Assembly (NCBI GenBank): GCA_025603075.1
Contig: MU626328.1
Coordinates: 33,522-97,521, forward strand
Direction of reading: 5' to 3'
DNA from: Neoconidiobolus thromboides FSU 785
Taxonomy: Eukaryota > Fungi > Entomophthoromycota
Length of the DNA stretch: 64,000 nt
The notes beneath the pieces were generated by a model. That model was not told where the DNA came from, did no database searches, and was given only the letters and a program-made list of their open reading frames with translations. The position numbers were made by a program, and so were the translations under genes. Below, in pieces: positions 1 to 12,355 of this stretch; within the stretch, counting starts at the first letter, position 1, and each line of letters starts with the position of its first letter.

Positions 1-1370
1 ACCATCCAGAAACATATATATTATCAATCTAGATAACGTTGTATTAATAAAAAAATATTAGCATACCATTATTGTAGTTTACCTCATTATCTTTATCAAT
101 AACACAACCCTGTTTGTTAGGAATTATAAACTTATCAAAATCAAAAGGTACATTATTTATTGGATTGGATTTGTAACCAATTGAACGGAAAGCCAAGCCA
201 GCATTCTCAACTGTTTCTTCTCCAGTTGGAACTGCCCTTGGTTTTTCACCTTCAAGTTTATTTAAACCAAATTTAATACCTTGTAACTCAATATTTTCAT
301 TATTTGTAATAAATTGTAAAGGGCTACGTAAAAATTGAAATTCACATATCTTGTTTGCTGGGTTAATTGATGAATAGTCACTTTTGCTTTGTTGCACTCC
401 TTTTTCTATTAAACTCATCAATCTTTTAGATGCTCTATTTTTACTTAGATATTTAGCATTATTATTAATTTCATTTTTTAATAAAGTTTCATCAAGGCGT
501 GTTTCTACTCCTTTTAAAGAAATCATCTCTCTAAATTCTTTTGACGTAAATGAAACCTAACTTATTAGTATACTACTAGCTTTCATTTACTAAATACTTA
601 CTTGTAAGGGTCCTCTCCTGCCCACGATTTTAACATGTTTAATTTTAGATCTCTGTAACTCTTCAACTGCATGCTGTGCAATATCTGTTTTTCTCAATTC
701 ATCCAAAGGTGCAAGTAATATCCTAGCAATATCCAACGCAACATTACCTTGTCCTAGCACAATGGCCGTATCTGTTTTATCCAAGTTTGGCTTTAAACTA
801 CTATATTGTGGGTCTCCGTTATACCATCCAACAAAGGAACGAGCAGATAAAACAGAGCTACTTTCTTCTCCTGGTAATCCAAATGTTTTATCATTGTTGG
901 CTCCTGTGGCCAATACAACTACATTGTAGTTCGATTGTAACTGCTCGATTTTAATATCTTTATCAAGTTCAATGTTACCGTATAAATTGACATTTTCTTG
1001 CTGTAAAACTTGTTCGAATTTGTTTTGACATACCTAATTAATTTCATTAAGTGGAAATAAAATAAAGCTACAATAAGTTTACTTTAACTTCTGGATGGTC
1101 TGGAGCTACCCCATACCTCACTAATCCATATGGAGTTGGGTATTTATCATATATATGGATTTTTATACGGGTTGTATCATTGTTGTATAACTTCAATAAT
1201 CGATAGGCGGTATAAAAGCCAGCTGGTCCAGCTCCTACTACAGCTACAGATAATGGAGTTTCAGCTGATGTGGTTGAATAAAACTTTAATAAGTTGCTAT
1301 TTAATTTGTTTATTGACTTGGCATTTAGTTTTGAACCTAAACTTTGGAATTTAATGGCGTTAATAAGCAT
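1..1370 (-). CDS. ARH1: NADPH:adrenodoxin (ferredoxin) oxidoreductase, mitochondrial; multi-exon, 3' end runs off the window
   Basis: N-terminal presequence-like region, then VVGAGPAGFY (FAD binding), PYGLVRYGVAPDHPEVK, GQGNVALDIARIL, GRRGP, AFRSIGYKS. Spliced reading continues ...NE|IDNIYVSGW at the window edge. GT-AG introns at about 1035-1082, 549-601 and 29-78. Confidence 0.92.
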
Positions 1371-1533
1371 CGAATAATGAGATCTAAAAATATTGAAATA
1401 TCTTTTTTAGTTGATTTTATTTTCGAGTTTAGAATTTGAATAAATCATTAGTTGGATTAATAATCAAAAACAAACATACTATATAAAGAAAATAAAAACT
1501 ATTCTTTATCTGTTATTTTTTAAGTTCAAAATC

Positions 1534-1905
1534 ATGATCAAACAAAAATACAGCTGCGAACTTTGCCCTACAGTAAAACTCCTAAGTTTAAAGGCATACA
1601 ACATTCATCTCACATCCAAAAAACATAAACTAAGAAAAAAAAGCAATGAGGTGAACATGAGCTGCACTTTATGTGATAAAAAAATGGATTATTTTCATGA
1701 CTGGGTAAACATTTACTTATTTGATCAAAGGTCATACTTTATAATTAACCGATTCTATCCTTAGATGCTTCACTTCCAAAGCAATCAACATTTAGTGAGA
1801 CTAAAAAAAGAGAGGGAGAAACAGAGAGAGTTTAGGCCTATCTATGGCGATAGAGAATTAGTATTTTTGAACAAATTTAAAGATTTTTCATTTCGGGGGA
1901 TTTAA
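1534..1905 (+). CDS. Small protein with two U1/matrin-type C2H2 zinc fingers (2 exons, about 103 aa)
   Basis: CELC...HLTSKKH finger. Removing intron 1705-1764 (GTAAAC...CCTTAG) completes a second finger CTLC...W|MLHFQSNQH and reads to TAA at 1903-1905. Confidence 0.7.
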
Positions 1906-3248
1906 TAAATCCCGAAGGAAAAATTAAATCTTTGCTGTAGTTTTTAAAACTTAAAAGCGTTAATAATGTCCACTTTGTAGTTATATATGGATACTTTATA
2001 AGTGGTTGTTTAAATAGAATTTATCAATAGTAAATAGCATCCACATATCAATAACTCCGCAAATAGTTTATTGCTCAAAATCCCATAATATGAAAAAATC
2101 CAATATTAAAGTTCAACGTTTTGTAACTCCTATATTAATTATCACTATTATTTATTATAATGCCTTACTAGCCGACTATAAAAATTTAAACATCGAGGTA
2201 TTATTTTTTCTTATAACTATAGATTCAATCTCTATGATGCTTTCAAAAATAAATGTTAGACTACAGAATGAGCCTCAAGAACTCGTATATGTTGTTAAAT
2301 TTTCACTGAGATTTTAGCTATTGATATTTATTATCACAGTATTTTATTATTTTATTAACATATTTTAGTTTAGAGTGGTGGTTTCCAATATAACAGTCTC
2401 TAATTCTAAAACTTAAATTGGAATTTCAAGATTTAGACTCAAGAGCTGCTTCTCTTCTCAGAAATTGATCTTATAAACGTAAGCCTTTTAAAAATAAAAG
2501 GTGAGAGACAGAAAATTAATGAAATAAATTTTGCGTCTGCGATCACGTTTAAATAAGACATCTCTAAATTTGTGCATTTTTGCATGTCATTTGATTTAGC
2601 CTGATTTGTCGTTGTGGGAATTTGCTTAGCAGTTTCCATAAATGGATTTCACTATTAGCAACTTTTTAAGAAAGTGTTTATTTTTATTTGTAAATAAATT
2701 TTATTATTTGTAATAATCTTTTTATGTATTTGAATTTAAATGTATTTATAATAGCCTAACTTTTTTTTGTTAAAGTAAGCTTGTTAGTTATGTTACTTTT
2801 AGCAGCAAAAGATTTTAAATGTAATTATTGTTTAGTACTATTAAAATTAAGTGACTGATAAACATCTAAAATAATAGCAAAAAGTACTCAAATGGTATTA
2901 TGGTTAGCTTCATGGCCTTCTTTTTAAAATACACTTTACAGAAGTGTAGTTTAGTTTTAAAACTAGATCAAGGTTTCAATAAATTAATGATTCAATAAAA
3001 TAATTGTACCACTTGTTGGTAATAGAAACAAGAACTTTTGTAACGCCAAAGAACAGCTTAGGTTACTTTGAAACGGTAAAACAACTAGTACTATTCTATC
3101 TAATGTAATGGGATTTCAAGTATTCTACCTAAATCAATTACCCGATATAATTTATTTCTAGAAAGCATTGGCTATTATTAAGTGGCGAAATGATATAGTA
3201 ACCCTTCTGTGTATTTAATATTATAAAAACATACATCTGGATTCACTA

Positions 3249-3343
3249 TTTGGGGGTGTTTCTTTTGTTTCCCCACTTTTTAAGCGCTATTTGAGCGGAA
3301 AATTTGTTAGTAAAACTCTTAAACACAAAAATACATCCCCATT
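3249..3343 (+). mobile_element. MITE-like family copy (orientation A)
   Basis: TGGGGGTGTTT...AAGCGCTATTTGAGCGGAAAATTTGTTAGTAAAACTCTTAAACACAAAAATACATCCCCA; terminal inverted repeats. Confidence 0.8.
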
Positions 3344-3583
3344 CAATGTATTTTATTCTAGAGAAGTATGACCTTCTCCCGCAGTTTTGGTAGCTTAATG
3401 TAGTTTTATGTCAATTTTGCTTTTAGCTTGATCCTAATAAAATTTATTGGTTCTTTTATATTGCAGCAAACTAATTGCATTTATTTACCTAACAGCATAT
3501 TTGGATTGTAGCTACAAAAATACAACCATAAATATGTAGGAAAAAGAATTAACTCTTTACTCTTTTTTATTGAACTTCTTTAA

Positions 3584-4859
3584 ATGCCATTGAAATTCGA
3601 TCAGTTACCAGATGTCGTATTGATTGAAATATTCAAGTCAGTAAACCCAGCTGAGCTATTTAATTTTCGTTTACTAGATAAATATTTGTCTGAAATAGCC
3701 AACCATGTTATTAAATTTAATTTAGTACATTCAGTTTATAACCAATATGAATTTTCAGAATACTCTTATTATCAAGAAGAGTACATTAAAAGAAATGGAC
3801 CATTTATGAAGTATGTAAGTGTGACAGATCTTACTATTGGAAATTTAAGTTATTGCCCAAACTTGGTATCTATAGAGTATGCCAATTTGCTTAGTAATAG
3901 GAGTAATAATACCAATAGTATTAATAATAATAATAATAATAATAAGCCAAATATCGAATTACTAAAATTAAAGAAAATAAGTACACAATCTCCTAACTGC
4001 ATAGAGTCACTAAATATATTCAGCAAGTATTTAAACCAAATCGAAGTAGTTCATATAATCACTAGTAGGATGGTTATAAAGATGTAATTAAGTGTTTTGA
4101 CCCAGCTAAACTAAGATCTTGTACTTTATTCTCTAATGAATTTTTAAACATTGACGGGCTAAACTTAATTAAGACAAACCTCACTAACTTAAGAAAATTA
4201 TATTTAAGAGCTGGAGAAATTGTTACTGCTCCAGCTAGATTTGATTGTAATCTAAATTTCAATCCTAGTTTAAACTTTAAAATTGTAGGGGATTTAAGCC
4301 TTTTTAATATTAGTTATCTTGGAGATTTAAAAAGATTGAAAAGTATTATAGTAATTGATTATACCGGAAGCATTTACATTATGGATAACGATAATCTCAG
4401 ACTGTTTGAAGGCTCTAATATTATCACTTTAGGCCATTTTAATTTAGGTTGCCCAATTGATAATGACTTTATGAAGCTAGCAGCTTTGAAGGAAATATAT
4501 ATTAAATTAGTATCAGTACGATTATTAAGAATGATCTTGTTAAAAGATATTTACGAAATCGAGTTCGATGTACCATACGAATCTATCGAAACATATAGCT
4601 CATACATTAGTAGTTATTCAATTAATGTAAACATATAAGACAAATTAAGATGAAAGAATTCAATGGTTCTTTTGAGGCATTTATTTACTTTCTGTCTCTT
4701 TTCCCAAACCTTAAGGTAGTTAAACTTACTTCTTGTTTGTTTACAAGCATGAATAATCAATTTGATTACGAGCTTACTACTTTATTACTTATTATTGCTC
4801 CCATTGATCCTAATGAATTGAGTGATAACCCAATGATAGATTGGTTTTTCTCAAAGTAG
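3584..4859 (+). pseudogene. F-box / LRR-like gene disrupted by two frameshifts
   Basis: N-terminal F-box (FDQLPDVVLIEIFKSVNPAELFNFRLLDK). Reading continues in a shifted frame from about 4069 (DVIKCFDPAKLRS...) to TAA at 4638, and again from about 4626 (CKHIRQIKMKEFNG...) to 4859. No splice signals at either shift. Assembly error cannot be excluded. Confidence 0.7.
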
Positions 4860-5089
4860 ATTAACAGCTCCTTTGCCATTTTGTGATTTTTATTACGAAT
4901 AAAATTTATTGTCATTACTATTTGATTTATTAAATCCTAAATACCAAAATAAAGATCAAATAAAATTACTAAATCAAAAATACAACTCCAAATGTTAAAA
5001 AAGATAGTTTATAAAAGTAAATGTCCTTTATTAAATTTAGCCTTAGCAAAGATGAGATATATATGCACAGTTTCAAGAGGGAAATTTTT

Positions 5090-5945
5090 ACTTTGTTGAA
5101 ATACGACCTTAATTGATGAAGAATGCTAAACATTATAAATAAAGATTTAAACTCGAAAGAGATTGGCCAAACTATTTAACAAGTATCACCATGAAGGGTC
5201 CCAGGAATAACTTTTCTATGTTTTAGGCCACTAAATACATAACTTTTTATATATTAAAACTCATGAGGATAATTACTTAAAAACACACATATAAAATAGT
5301 ACATATAATTAGAAATTAGAACAATGTTTCTGATTTTAGGTACTTGCCTTACGTTACCTAGTAAAGATCTTAAATTATTTTCATCGCATTTATCTTGGGG
5401 CTTTAAGGTTTATTTACTATTTCTGTCAAGAATATAGTAAAAAGCCTTAGATTCAGTAAAAGTTTGTCATTGGATTGACTAGAACCTCTTGAATTGTACA
5501 AAATGTAATAATATCCTCCTTTAATTTCAATAGGTGATAGATAATATTCCATGAAACATTAACCCATCTTATTAGATCTATGAATTGGACCCTCAAACTT
5601 ATGATGATTGAATACCCCTATGATATTTATTTATATGATTATGTCTTAAGTTTAAATCTAGTTTTTATCATGACATCTGATATACCCTTAATTCAAAAGT
5701 TGCTTGTTAATTTACATCTTTACCTTAAGCTGTGTTCACTGATAATTACATATTAGTTACAATTATAAAGCGGCTATTAAATACTTGTTCTGTAGTTTTG
5801 TCTAGTGCCAGCTCAATCATGTTAACAACAGTCAATAACCAATTTATAAGCAACCGTATTAGCTCTATAAAAGTAGCTGGACAGCTATGATTTGAAAGAC
5901 AAGACAATAAATGAAACAGTTCCACATATAATAAACAAGTGTACC
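5090..5945. mobile_element. Possible highly decayed Ty3/gypsy fragments
   Basis: Minus strand about 5100-5215 reads LFLGPFMV...QLRSY (GPY/F integrase-like). Plus strand about 5839-5935 reads PIYKQPY*L (start of RT-like). Many stops; pattern match only. Confidence 0.22.
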
Positions 5946-5989
5946 AACAATCTATCTTTATATGTAGGTACATTAATATTTATATTGTT

Positions 5990-6752
5990 TTGACTAAAAG
6001 CTTTGAGCTTTTGAAAATTATTTTTAATATTTAAGATAGATACATTACAAGGTAAAACAAGACTTGAATAATGAAACTATTTACTAATACACTTTTTTCA
6101 TACAACAAAGTACTATAACGGCCAAAATGTAAATAGTTGAACAAAAACATAAAAGGTTGAAAATTTCACAAAATCCATAAACTTCAATTACCCTCAATTT
6201 GATTTAAACAGGTACTGAAAAGATCAAATACCTAAGTTGAATTATTGTTTGTTAAGTTTATTATCAATTTATTTAACTTTGGCAGTTAAATCCCAAACTA
6301 TACTACGTGAGGATTTTTTTGATTTCATCACCTTTTCCATTTTTCAAGCGGTTTGAGTAGAACGATTGTTAGTAAAATTCTTAAACAAAAAAATACATCT
6401 CCATATTGACTATAATCACTACCATAATATAGCTTAATGACGTGATACTTAGGCAGCAAGTCAAATAGTTCAAATTATCTTTGTTCATTTAAATGCTTGA
6501 TTAACAATCCATTTTCTTTAATAAATATTTGCTGGTAATTTTGATATTTGTTAGATCGATCGATGTATTTGCCAAACATACTAAAGTCAATCTGATGATA
6601 AATTGAAAACGTTAGATTGTACTTAATACATTATCTACAATCTTGAATAAGTACTTATTTATAAAACGAAATCCAAACAGTTCTTTTGGATCTACAAATT
6701 TAAATATTTCCTCTAGTAAAATCTCCTGTAAGTAATCAAATTTTAATTTCAT
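5990..6752 (-). pseudogene. Second F-box pseudogene, paralog of 3584-4859, interrupted by a MITE
   Basis: ATG at 6752: MKLKFDYLQEILLEEIFKFVDPKELFGFRFINKYLF. After a frameshift it reads KYNLTFSIYHQ...FIKENG. Beyond the MITE it reads LPKLNKL...*VFDLFSTCLNQIEG, matching LLKLKKI...NIFSKYLNQIEV of the paralog. Not in the supplied ORF track. Confidence 0.75.
6307..6405 (+). mobile_element. MITE-like copy (A) inside F-box pseudogene
   Basis: GAGGATTTTTTTGATTTCATCAC...TTGTTAGTAAAATTCTTAAACAAAAAAATACATCTCCATA. Confidence 0.75.
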
Positions 6753-7159
6753 CTTTATAAAAGGTATCAAGAAGCGAATATTCTACTAAATTCAAAATTT
6801 AAAATTGATTGTTATAAATTGCATTCTATCCAGTTTATCCTTAGAACAGCAAGGATTTTAAAACAACCAATGAAACATAAGATTATTAAGGTTGTAAAAA
6901 AATCAAAAATCAAAATTTTACTTTTAAATCCTTCTGATAAGCATCTTTATTTTTATTTTTACTAAAATAAAACATTTGATGTTGTAAGCTTTTCAAGACA
7001 TTAAAAGGATATAACGTTTAATTTAATACAAAATTAACAGTCAGTCAAAAGAAAAAGCGATAAAATGCTAACAAAATCTAAAACAAATTTTTACTAGTGT
7101 TAAAAAAGCAAATTGAATCAAAACCAATCTAAATTATTTTCAGTCTACCCTATCACTAT

Positions 7160-9213
7160 ATGAATTTATTCAAAACCATCATGCTTATTACATAGTTTTT
7201 CTTTTGAATCATAGTTAAGATTTGATGAGTAACTTATTCGGGTATAAAGTTCAAATTTAATAATTTTCACATAGTATCCAAATTCGATATGGGGATGTAT
7301 TTTTTTGTTTAATAATTCTACTAACAATTTTCCCGCCCAAATAGTGCTTAAAAAATGGAAAGAGTGATGAAAACAAAAAAACATCCCTCATATTTTTTGG
7401 TCAACTTAATATCAAAAATATAGATTCATTTACCAAAGTAGTAAATAAACCAGTGGTTGGCTATAAACATGTGCTTGCCTGTTTTATTAACTTTAAGTTA
7501 GATGACAATGTATACAATGGCACTTCAGATACTTTAAGAAAGATCCTTCCCTTTCACGTCTTTATTAATATTGCCAAAAAATCTCCAAATCCAAAAGTAT
7601 CCACCTATGTTAACACCAAAGTTGAATTGAACAAAGTATTAGCTAGAAAAAGTAACTCTGAATATGAGTTTTATGCTTCTATAGCTAAAAATTTTAACAT
7701 CTTAGCAGATGGCTATACTAGACACGAAGTATATTGTTTTTATATTCATACCTTTAGACAGCCATTTCCTTTATATTCTAAAGAAGCCAAATGGAACATA
7801 TTAAAGCCAAAATACTTGAAAATCTAAAACGCTCCTAAATTCTTATTAATGCTCGGAAAATTTTTGGGATTAATATGTTAAGCTATATTGATGCTGAATC
7901 CTTAGCTATTAATGATAAACAACCTTTAGAGTATGTTTGTATGCTAAGAGATATTAGCTCTCAAGTAAATTATGCCTTAACATGTCTTATTTAAAGTAAT
8001 AATAAGCAGAGCATCATATACGGTCCTTTTGCTCCTATCATAATTCCTCTAATAAGGGAAATATTGACTTTTATAATTCGACCCAATGATGAGGAAAAGT
8101 GGATTATTGTGTTTTATATTGCTACCTTAGATGTACCTCTCCCATTTAATAGTTCTGAGTCTTTTTGTAGAAACGACTATGTTGTACCTGTACCTATTTA
8201 TAAACAAAGTAAAAATGATAATCAACCTCAGTTATTGGAAGTATCAGAAGTTAGGAAAATTACAATTGATATCCGAACTAAAACACCTAGTTCGAGATCA
8301 AATGATCCGCTTTTAACCCTAGCGGTTAATGGCACTTATATTGAAAATTTTATTCTACCATATAACATAAGTGCTCTACATATTTTTGTCTTTTTAACTT
8401 CAGAAAAACCTAAATAGTTTGATGAAATTTATAAAGGATTTGGAATCTTGAGAAATCAAAAAGTAAAAAGATAAATCTTAGATTTAAACAGTAATTGTGG
8501 TGGCGTCATTTTCTGAGGATGTAATGTGTTAACTACCTTTTTACAAGTCTCACCATTAAATCCTTTAATACTGATATGCACCATTCTCTATTACTTACGA
8601 AACTTACTAGATACAAAGACTCCAATTTTTTCCCAAGACACTACAAGCAGCTTGGCGGCAAATCGTTCTTATCAGAAGATGTCTTTACTAAAACTAAGAT
8701 TTACTACTATACCCTTAATAGAAATAGCCGACATGACCCTTAATTACAAGGCAAATAGGACGAAGATATCTTAGAATATTTGTTAGTTGACGAAAAACAA
8801 TCATTCAGAACTGAAAAAATTGCTCTGGTTTCTAATTATATTCATCACTTAACTCGTGATTTATTAAATAATGGCTTTCAAGGATTTCATAATATAAGAT
8901 TTATATATTCGATGGTCTTAAACACAAACAAGTTACTGTTACATCCACTACTAGTAGGGCTCTAAGCTCTCTTATCGATTTCCTTGTAAATTTAAAGCTT
9001 TTTGGATTAGATAAAGACCCAGCTCCTCCACAGCCACTCCTAGTTAAAGATGATGTTTATTTCACCATCAGGAAACCTTACTCAAGTAAATTCAAGGAAT
9101 TTCGCCCCTTAGAGTTCACTTGGAACCTAGCTAAGTATCATAAATAGTATGCTTCTAGAACCGCTTTTAATCCTTATGAGATTTGAAAACAAGTTGCTGA
9201 AGATTTTCATTAG
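7160..9213 (+). pseudogene. Near full-length S41-family peptidase pseudogene, paralog of the gene at 62563-64000
   Basis: Fragments DPLLTLAVNGTYIENFILP, ILDLNSNCGG, LDKDPAPPQPL and RPLEFTWNLAKYHK*YASRTAFNPYEI*KQVAEDF align with DPLLTAVVDGTYIKTYILP, ILDVSNNGGG, LDKDPAAPQSL and RPLEFTWNPAKHHRAYNAETAFNPYKIWEQVAKDL. Many stops and frameshifts. The start at 7160 is tentative. Confidence 0.88.
7288..7392 (-). mobile_element. MITE-like copy (orientation B) in the 5' part of the S41 pseudogene
   Basis: TATGGGGATGTATTTTTTT...CCCGCCCAAATAGTGCTTAAAAAATGGAAAGAGTGATGAAAAC...CATCCCTCATA. Confidence 0.8.
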
Positions 9214-10411
9214 TAACACATTTACGTCATTAATAAAAATTATAATATATTTAATCTTATTACTAGTTTTACATAATTTTGATATCTTAGGTATTACAAT
9301 TGATTTCATTTGAAGCAACTATTACTTTAATTGTCTGATATTTCTATTTTTATATCGTAAAAAAAGTTAACCAGTATTGTAAAATATTTAATAAAGATTA
9401 ATTATAAATTTAATTTAACGTAAAAATTAATATGGGTGGTTGTATTTGATACTATATTCATAAACTAACATGTTTATTTTATGCTTTTATGCTTTAATGC
9501 TAATATTATTTACTAAATGATGCTTTTGTCTGCTTAATTAGCAATACTTTTAGAAAATTATTTTGGCACAAGGTTATCACTTTCCATAATACTAACTTAA
9601 ATGTTTAATACGTTAACACTTAATACATTAACACTTAATATATATCATTTAGTGTATTATCGCTTAATAGCTTGTTGTTTTATATCAGCCTTAAATAGTA
9701 ATAAAAAATAAGGATATTTAAGAAGTTAAGGTTTAATAAAAAAGTAAATATAATAAGGATGGGTACTAATAATAGGGATATAGGAGGGTAGAAATTATTT
9801 CGAGACGTAGATTTGACAAAAATTAAACAAGCTTAATACTTGTTTGCCTACTATTTAATAATTTTTATTTATTTTTGCCCACCAGTTTTAACTTGATCAG
9901 ATTTTTCACTGCTCTTTTTTTTATACACCCTCAGCCATTATCTGCTATTATATTAATTTATAATTATAAATTTAAGGATATGATACGTAAGGGGCGCTGA
10001 AATAAAAATACAATAAAAGGGGTAAAAATAAGTCAAGATAATATTAAAAGCAATAAATAATTGGTATTAAAATTTCGATTGTATGAAATGAAAGTTTCAA
10101 AGAAAAATATAATATACGGATTTTATCGTATATAGTTCATTTTAATATCAGCTTATTATCAATATTTTCGTATATCGAGACTTTAATAGCATCTTTTAAG
10201 ATTAAATTAAAAAATGTAAATCAAAATTTTAATTAAAATGGAGAAAAGTGTATGATACAGAAAAGCTAAAACAAAATAAAAAGATTAAGGGGTAAACGTT
10301 AAAAAATGTGCAAACAACAAAAGCTATATTAAGCACTATATCAAACAGGGTTAAATAAGAGGATATAAAAAGCCAAACTTTCCCTCAAATTCTCTTTCAA
10401 ATTAAATTAAA

Positions 10412-11662
10412 ATGGGTTTAAAATTCAATATTGCGTCTACTTTCTTAGCAATCATCGCTTATTTTTTGTTTGATGTTGTAAGAATTATATACAGAGAATC
10501 TTTATTTAAAGGTTATAATCAATCAGAATTCGATAACTGTGATAGAGTTAAAGGTATAAACTTAATATTTGGATAATATATCATATTGAAGTTAATTAAT
10601 TTTATAGAAATAAAGGGCTGTGCCGATATTACTGTTCATGGGGCATCAGGGTTTGCTTTTGTGGGTTGTCCTGAGGATTATTATTACTATAAAAATTTTA
10701 TTAGCTTTTTGTACAATCCAAGAGATAAAATAGTATTAGGAAAGCGTAGTTTTATTTATGCGTATGACTTGAAAAATAAAGAAGCAAAGAAATTACAATT
10801 AAAAAGTTTCCCAGAAAATGTAGACTTTTTTACTCATGGCTCTGATGTTATTACTGATCCTAAAGACAAAAATAAGATTCACTTTTTAACTGTTAACCAT
10901 AGAGAAGGTGGAAAAGACACTGTTGAGCACTTTGTTCATAAAATTGGTGAGCTCACTTTATTATATTTATTATATTTTATTTATAGTTGTATTTAAGGTA
11001 CTGATTCTATTACTTGGATTGAGTCTTTTGAAGACGACAAATTAAAGTTAGTATCAAATATTGCAGCTGTAACTCCTACCTCCTTTTATTACACTCAAGA
11101 TTTATCCCATGTCAACGGTCTAATGAATTATATGGAATCATTAGGGCTAATTGAAGGTGGTAAAATCATGTTTAAAGATGAAGCCAACAATTATAGTGAA
11201 ATTCAAAATGGTTTCAAGTTAACAAATGGAATTGCATTATCTCCTAATAAAAAGAATCTCTATTTAGCTGAATCCTTTAGAGGAAAGATTCATATATTTG
11301 ATAGAAATCCAAAAACAAATAAGTTGTCTAAAAAGGATAGTGTAGTCGTTAACTTTAGTCCAATCGGATTGAAGTCTGATCCTTTAACTGGTCAAGTCTA
11401 TATCGCCGGAATCCCTATCGATTTGTCTATCATTGATTCTTGGGGCTCATTTGGTGATTACAGATCAAAGTTAACAAAGTCAATCGTTGCTAAATTAAGT
11501 AACGCTACAAGCTCAGGTGATAAATATAAAGTTGATACTGTTATCATTGATGATGGTGGTAATTTATCTTCAACTACCTCTGCTGCCTCTGATGGCACAA
11601 CTGGTTCCTTATTAATGACTGGTATCTTCAACTACAAAGGTTTATTGAACTGCCGCGTCTAA
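10412..11662 (+). CDS. Paraoxonase/arylesterase-like six-bladed beta-propeller with N-terminal signal/anchor (3 exons)
   Basis: Hydrophobic N-terminus, GCADI (GxEDL-like), FFTHG, LTVNH, NGIALSP, VYIAG. Introns 10554-10607 and about 10948-10997 restore one frame. Confidence 0.85.
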
Positions 11663-12355
11663 GATTTTACATATCATACTATCTATATGAATAAAATACA
11701 ATTACTTTAAATTTTTTGTTTCTTAGAATACATGCTTAGGGAAATATTTATAAAAGCGCTGTTTAATACATAAATGGATTCTTCGTTTCAGCATTTAACC
11801 ATTTTTGTCTAATATAAAATTCAGAACAATGACAGCTAAATAATGAAACAAAAAGATGCAATCATGAAATATTAAGTCGGAATACCTTTTTTGTTTCAGC
11901 ATTTTATCCATATTTTATCTAGCATAAAATTGAAAAAGATTATTAATCAAATTTCTTAAATATACCCCCACATTGTTAACAATAAATATATATTTTATTT
12001 TGTCATTATTGCTTTTAGAAAATAGGTGCCTGAGGTAGTGTTTATTAAGCCAATATAGCAGGTAGAATATGATTTGAGAGCGAGGTGTTAATATTAACAG
12101 AAGCGCCTAATCCAAAAAAACCTTCCATGAGAGCTTTTGTTTGTTTGGACTGATTCATTCCAAAGTAGAGGAAGAACTTATAAACAAATATTCTATTAAA
12201 ATGAAAACCTTGTAAATTTTTATCATTTTTTATTATAATATTAGAGAAGGTAGTTATAAATGAAAGAATATTGTTGATAAAATTGCTGTTTTAAATTTCC
12301 TATAGTGTATAAAATTGTTTTTTAAATATAATGACATCAGTTGTGTAGATATTTT

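Noticed and set aside
1970-2650. Hydrophobic stop-interrupted frames (ORFs 2090-2317 and 2439-2639)
   Set aside because: May be a decayed membrane-protein gene, but no family motif was recognizable and AT-rich DNA translates hydrophobic by default.
9127-9318. 63-aa minus-strand ORF
   Set aside because: Partly antisense to the S41 pseudogene 3' end; no motifs.
11781-11937. Two imperfect ~45-bp direct repeats (GTTTCAGCATTT...ATAAAATT)
   Set aside because: Only two degenerate units in an intergenic region; no further structure.
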